DNA of 64,000 nt, taken from contig JAQGDQ010000119.1 in assembly GCA_030141605.1 (NCBI GenBank), positions 367,005 to 431,004 on the forward strand. The letters run 5' to 3'. The notes under the pieces were generated by a model. It made no database searches. It saw nothing but the letters and a program-made list of their open reading frames with translations, and had not been told where the DNA came from. How positions within the stretch are numbered: the first letter of the stretch is position 1; each line of letters opens with the position of its first letter. Positions 63,558-64,000 of this stretch are shown piece after piece. The DNA comes from Tubiluchus corallicola. Its lineage: Eukaryota; Animalia; Priapulida. Both the position numbers and the translations under genes were made by a program.

Positions 63558-64000
63558 GTAAGTTGGATAATACGTGTATTATAAAAAATATTTTTATAAT
63601 CACATAATGATATAATGTAGTTGACAATGTCCGAGACCAGTTCCTAAATGCCCACTTTTGAGTGTTAGGTGTTAACTGACTGAGTCCAAACCAAAGTTAG
63701 TAAATACAGGTCTCAAGTTCTAGGTATTCTGTGGTGTAAACACTTCCTGGCTCTTATATGCCGTTGAATAAGAGTTTTTCATCAACTCTTAGTACACTGA
63801 TGGTTTATGATCAGTAATTTTTATAGCCACTAATCAAATTTCTACTGTGCGGCAGAAACTAAAACAATACAACTTTTGAAATGATAAAGCTTCTCATCTC
63901 ATAAAAAACCTGTTTCTGCAAACTTGAATAAGAAGACATCATTAATTTTTATCAAATCACAGACTGAACATTTGACTCGCGTTTGTCAAACATATAAGAC

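Overview
AT-rich, intron-containing eukaryotic DNA, most likely from an invertebrate animal. Seven protein-coding genes could be assembled by reading splice sites: SHPK (-, first two coding exons separated by a 10.7 kb transposon-rich intron), DNMT1 (-, 88-nt first exon plus one 4.3 kb exon), GTPBP4/NOG1 (+, 17 coding exons, 635 aa, head-to-head with DNMT1), intronless MRPS15 (-), intronless CCDC96 (+), the 3' part of ACBD5 (-) and a mu-class GST (+) that appears to sit antisense inside an ACBD5 intron. There are many MITEs (hAT, mariner/pogo, Harbinger-like, Ginger-like), LINE remnants, tRNA-SINE heads and one convincing intronic C/D snoRNA. The most unusual observations are: a ~15-unit 46-bp tandem array that is an amplification of the SHPK exon-2 end plus its 5' splice site; two tandem in-frame first exons of the GST; the nearly intronless DNMT1; inverted repeats bracketing three in-frame GTPBP4 exons; and a triple-nested transposon stack. 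All homology calls are from recalled family sequences, not database searches.
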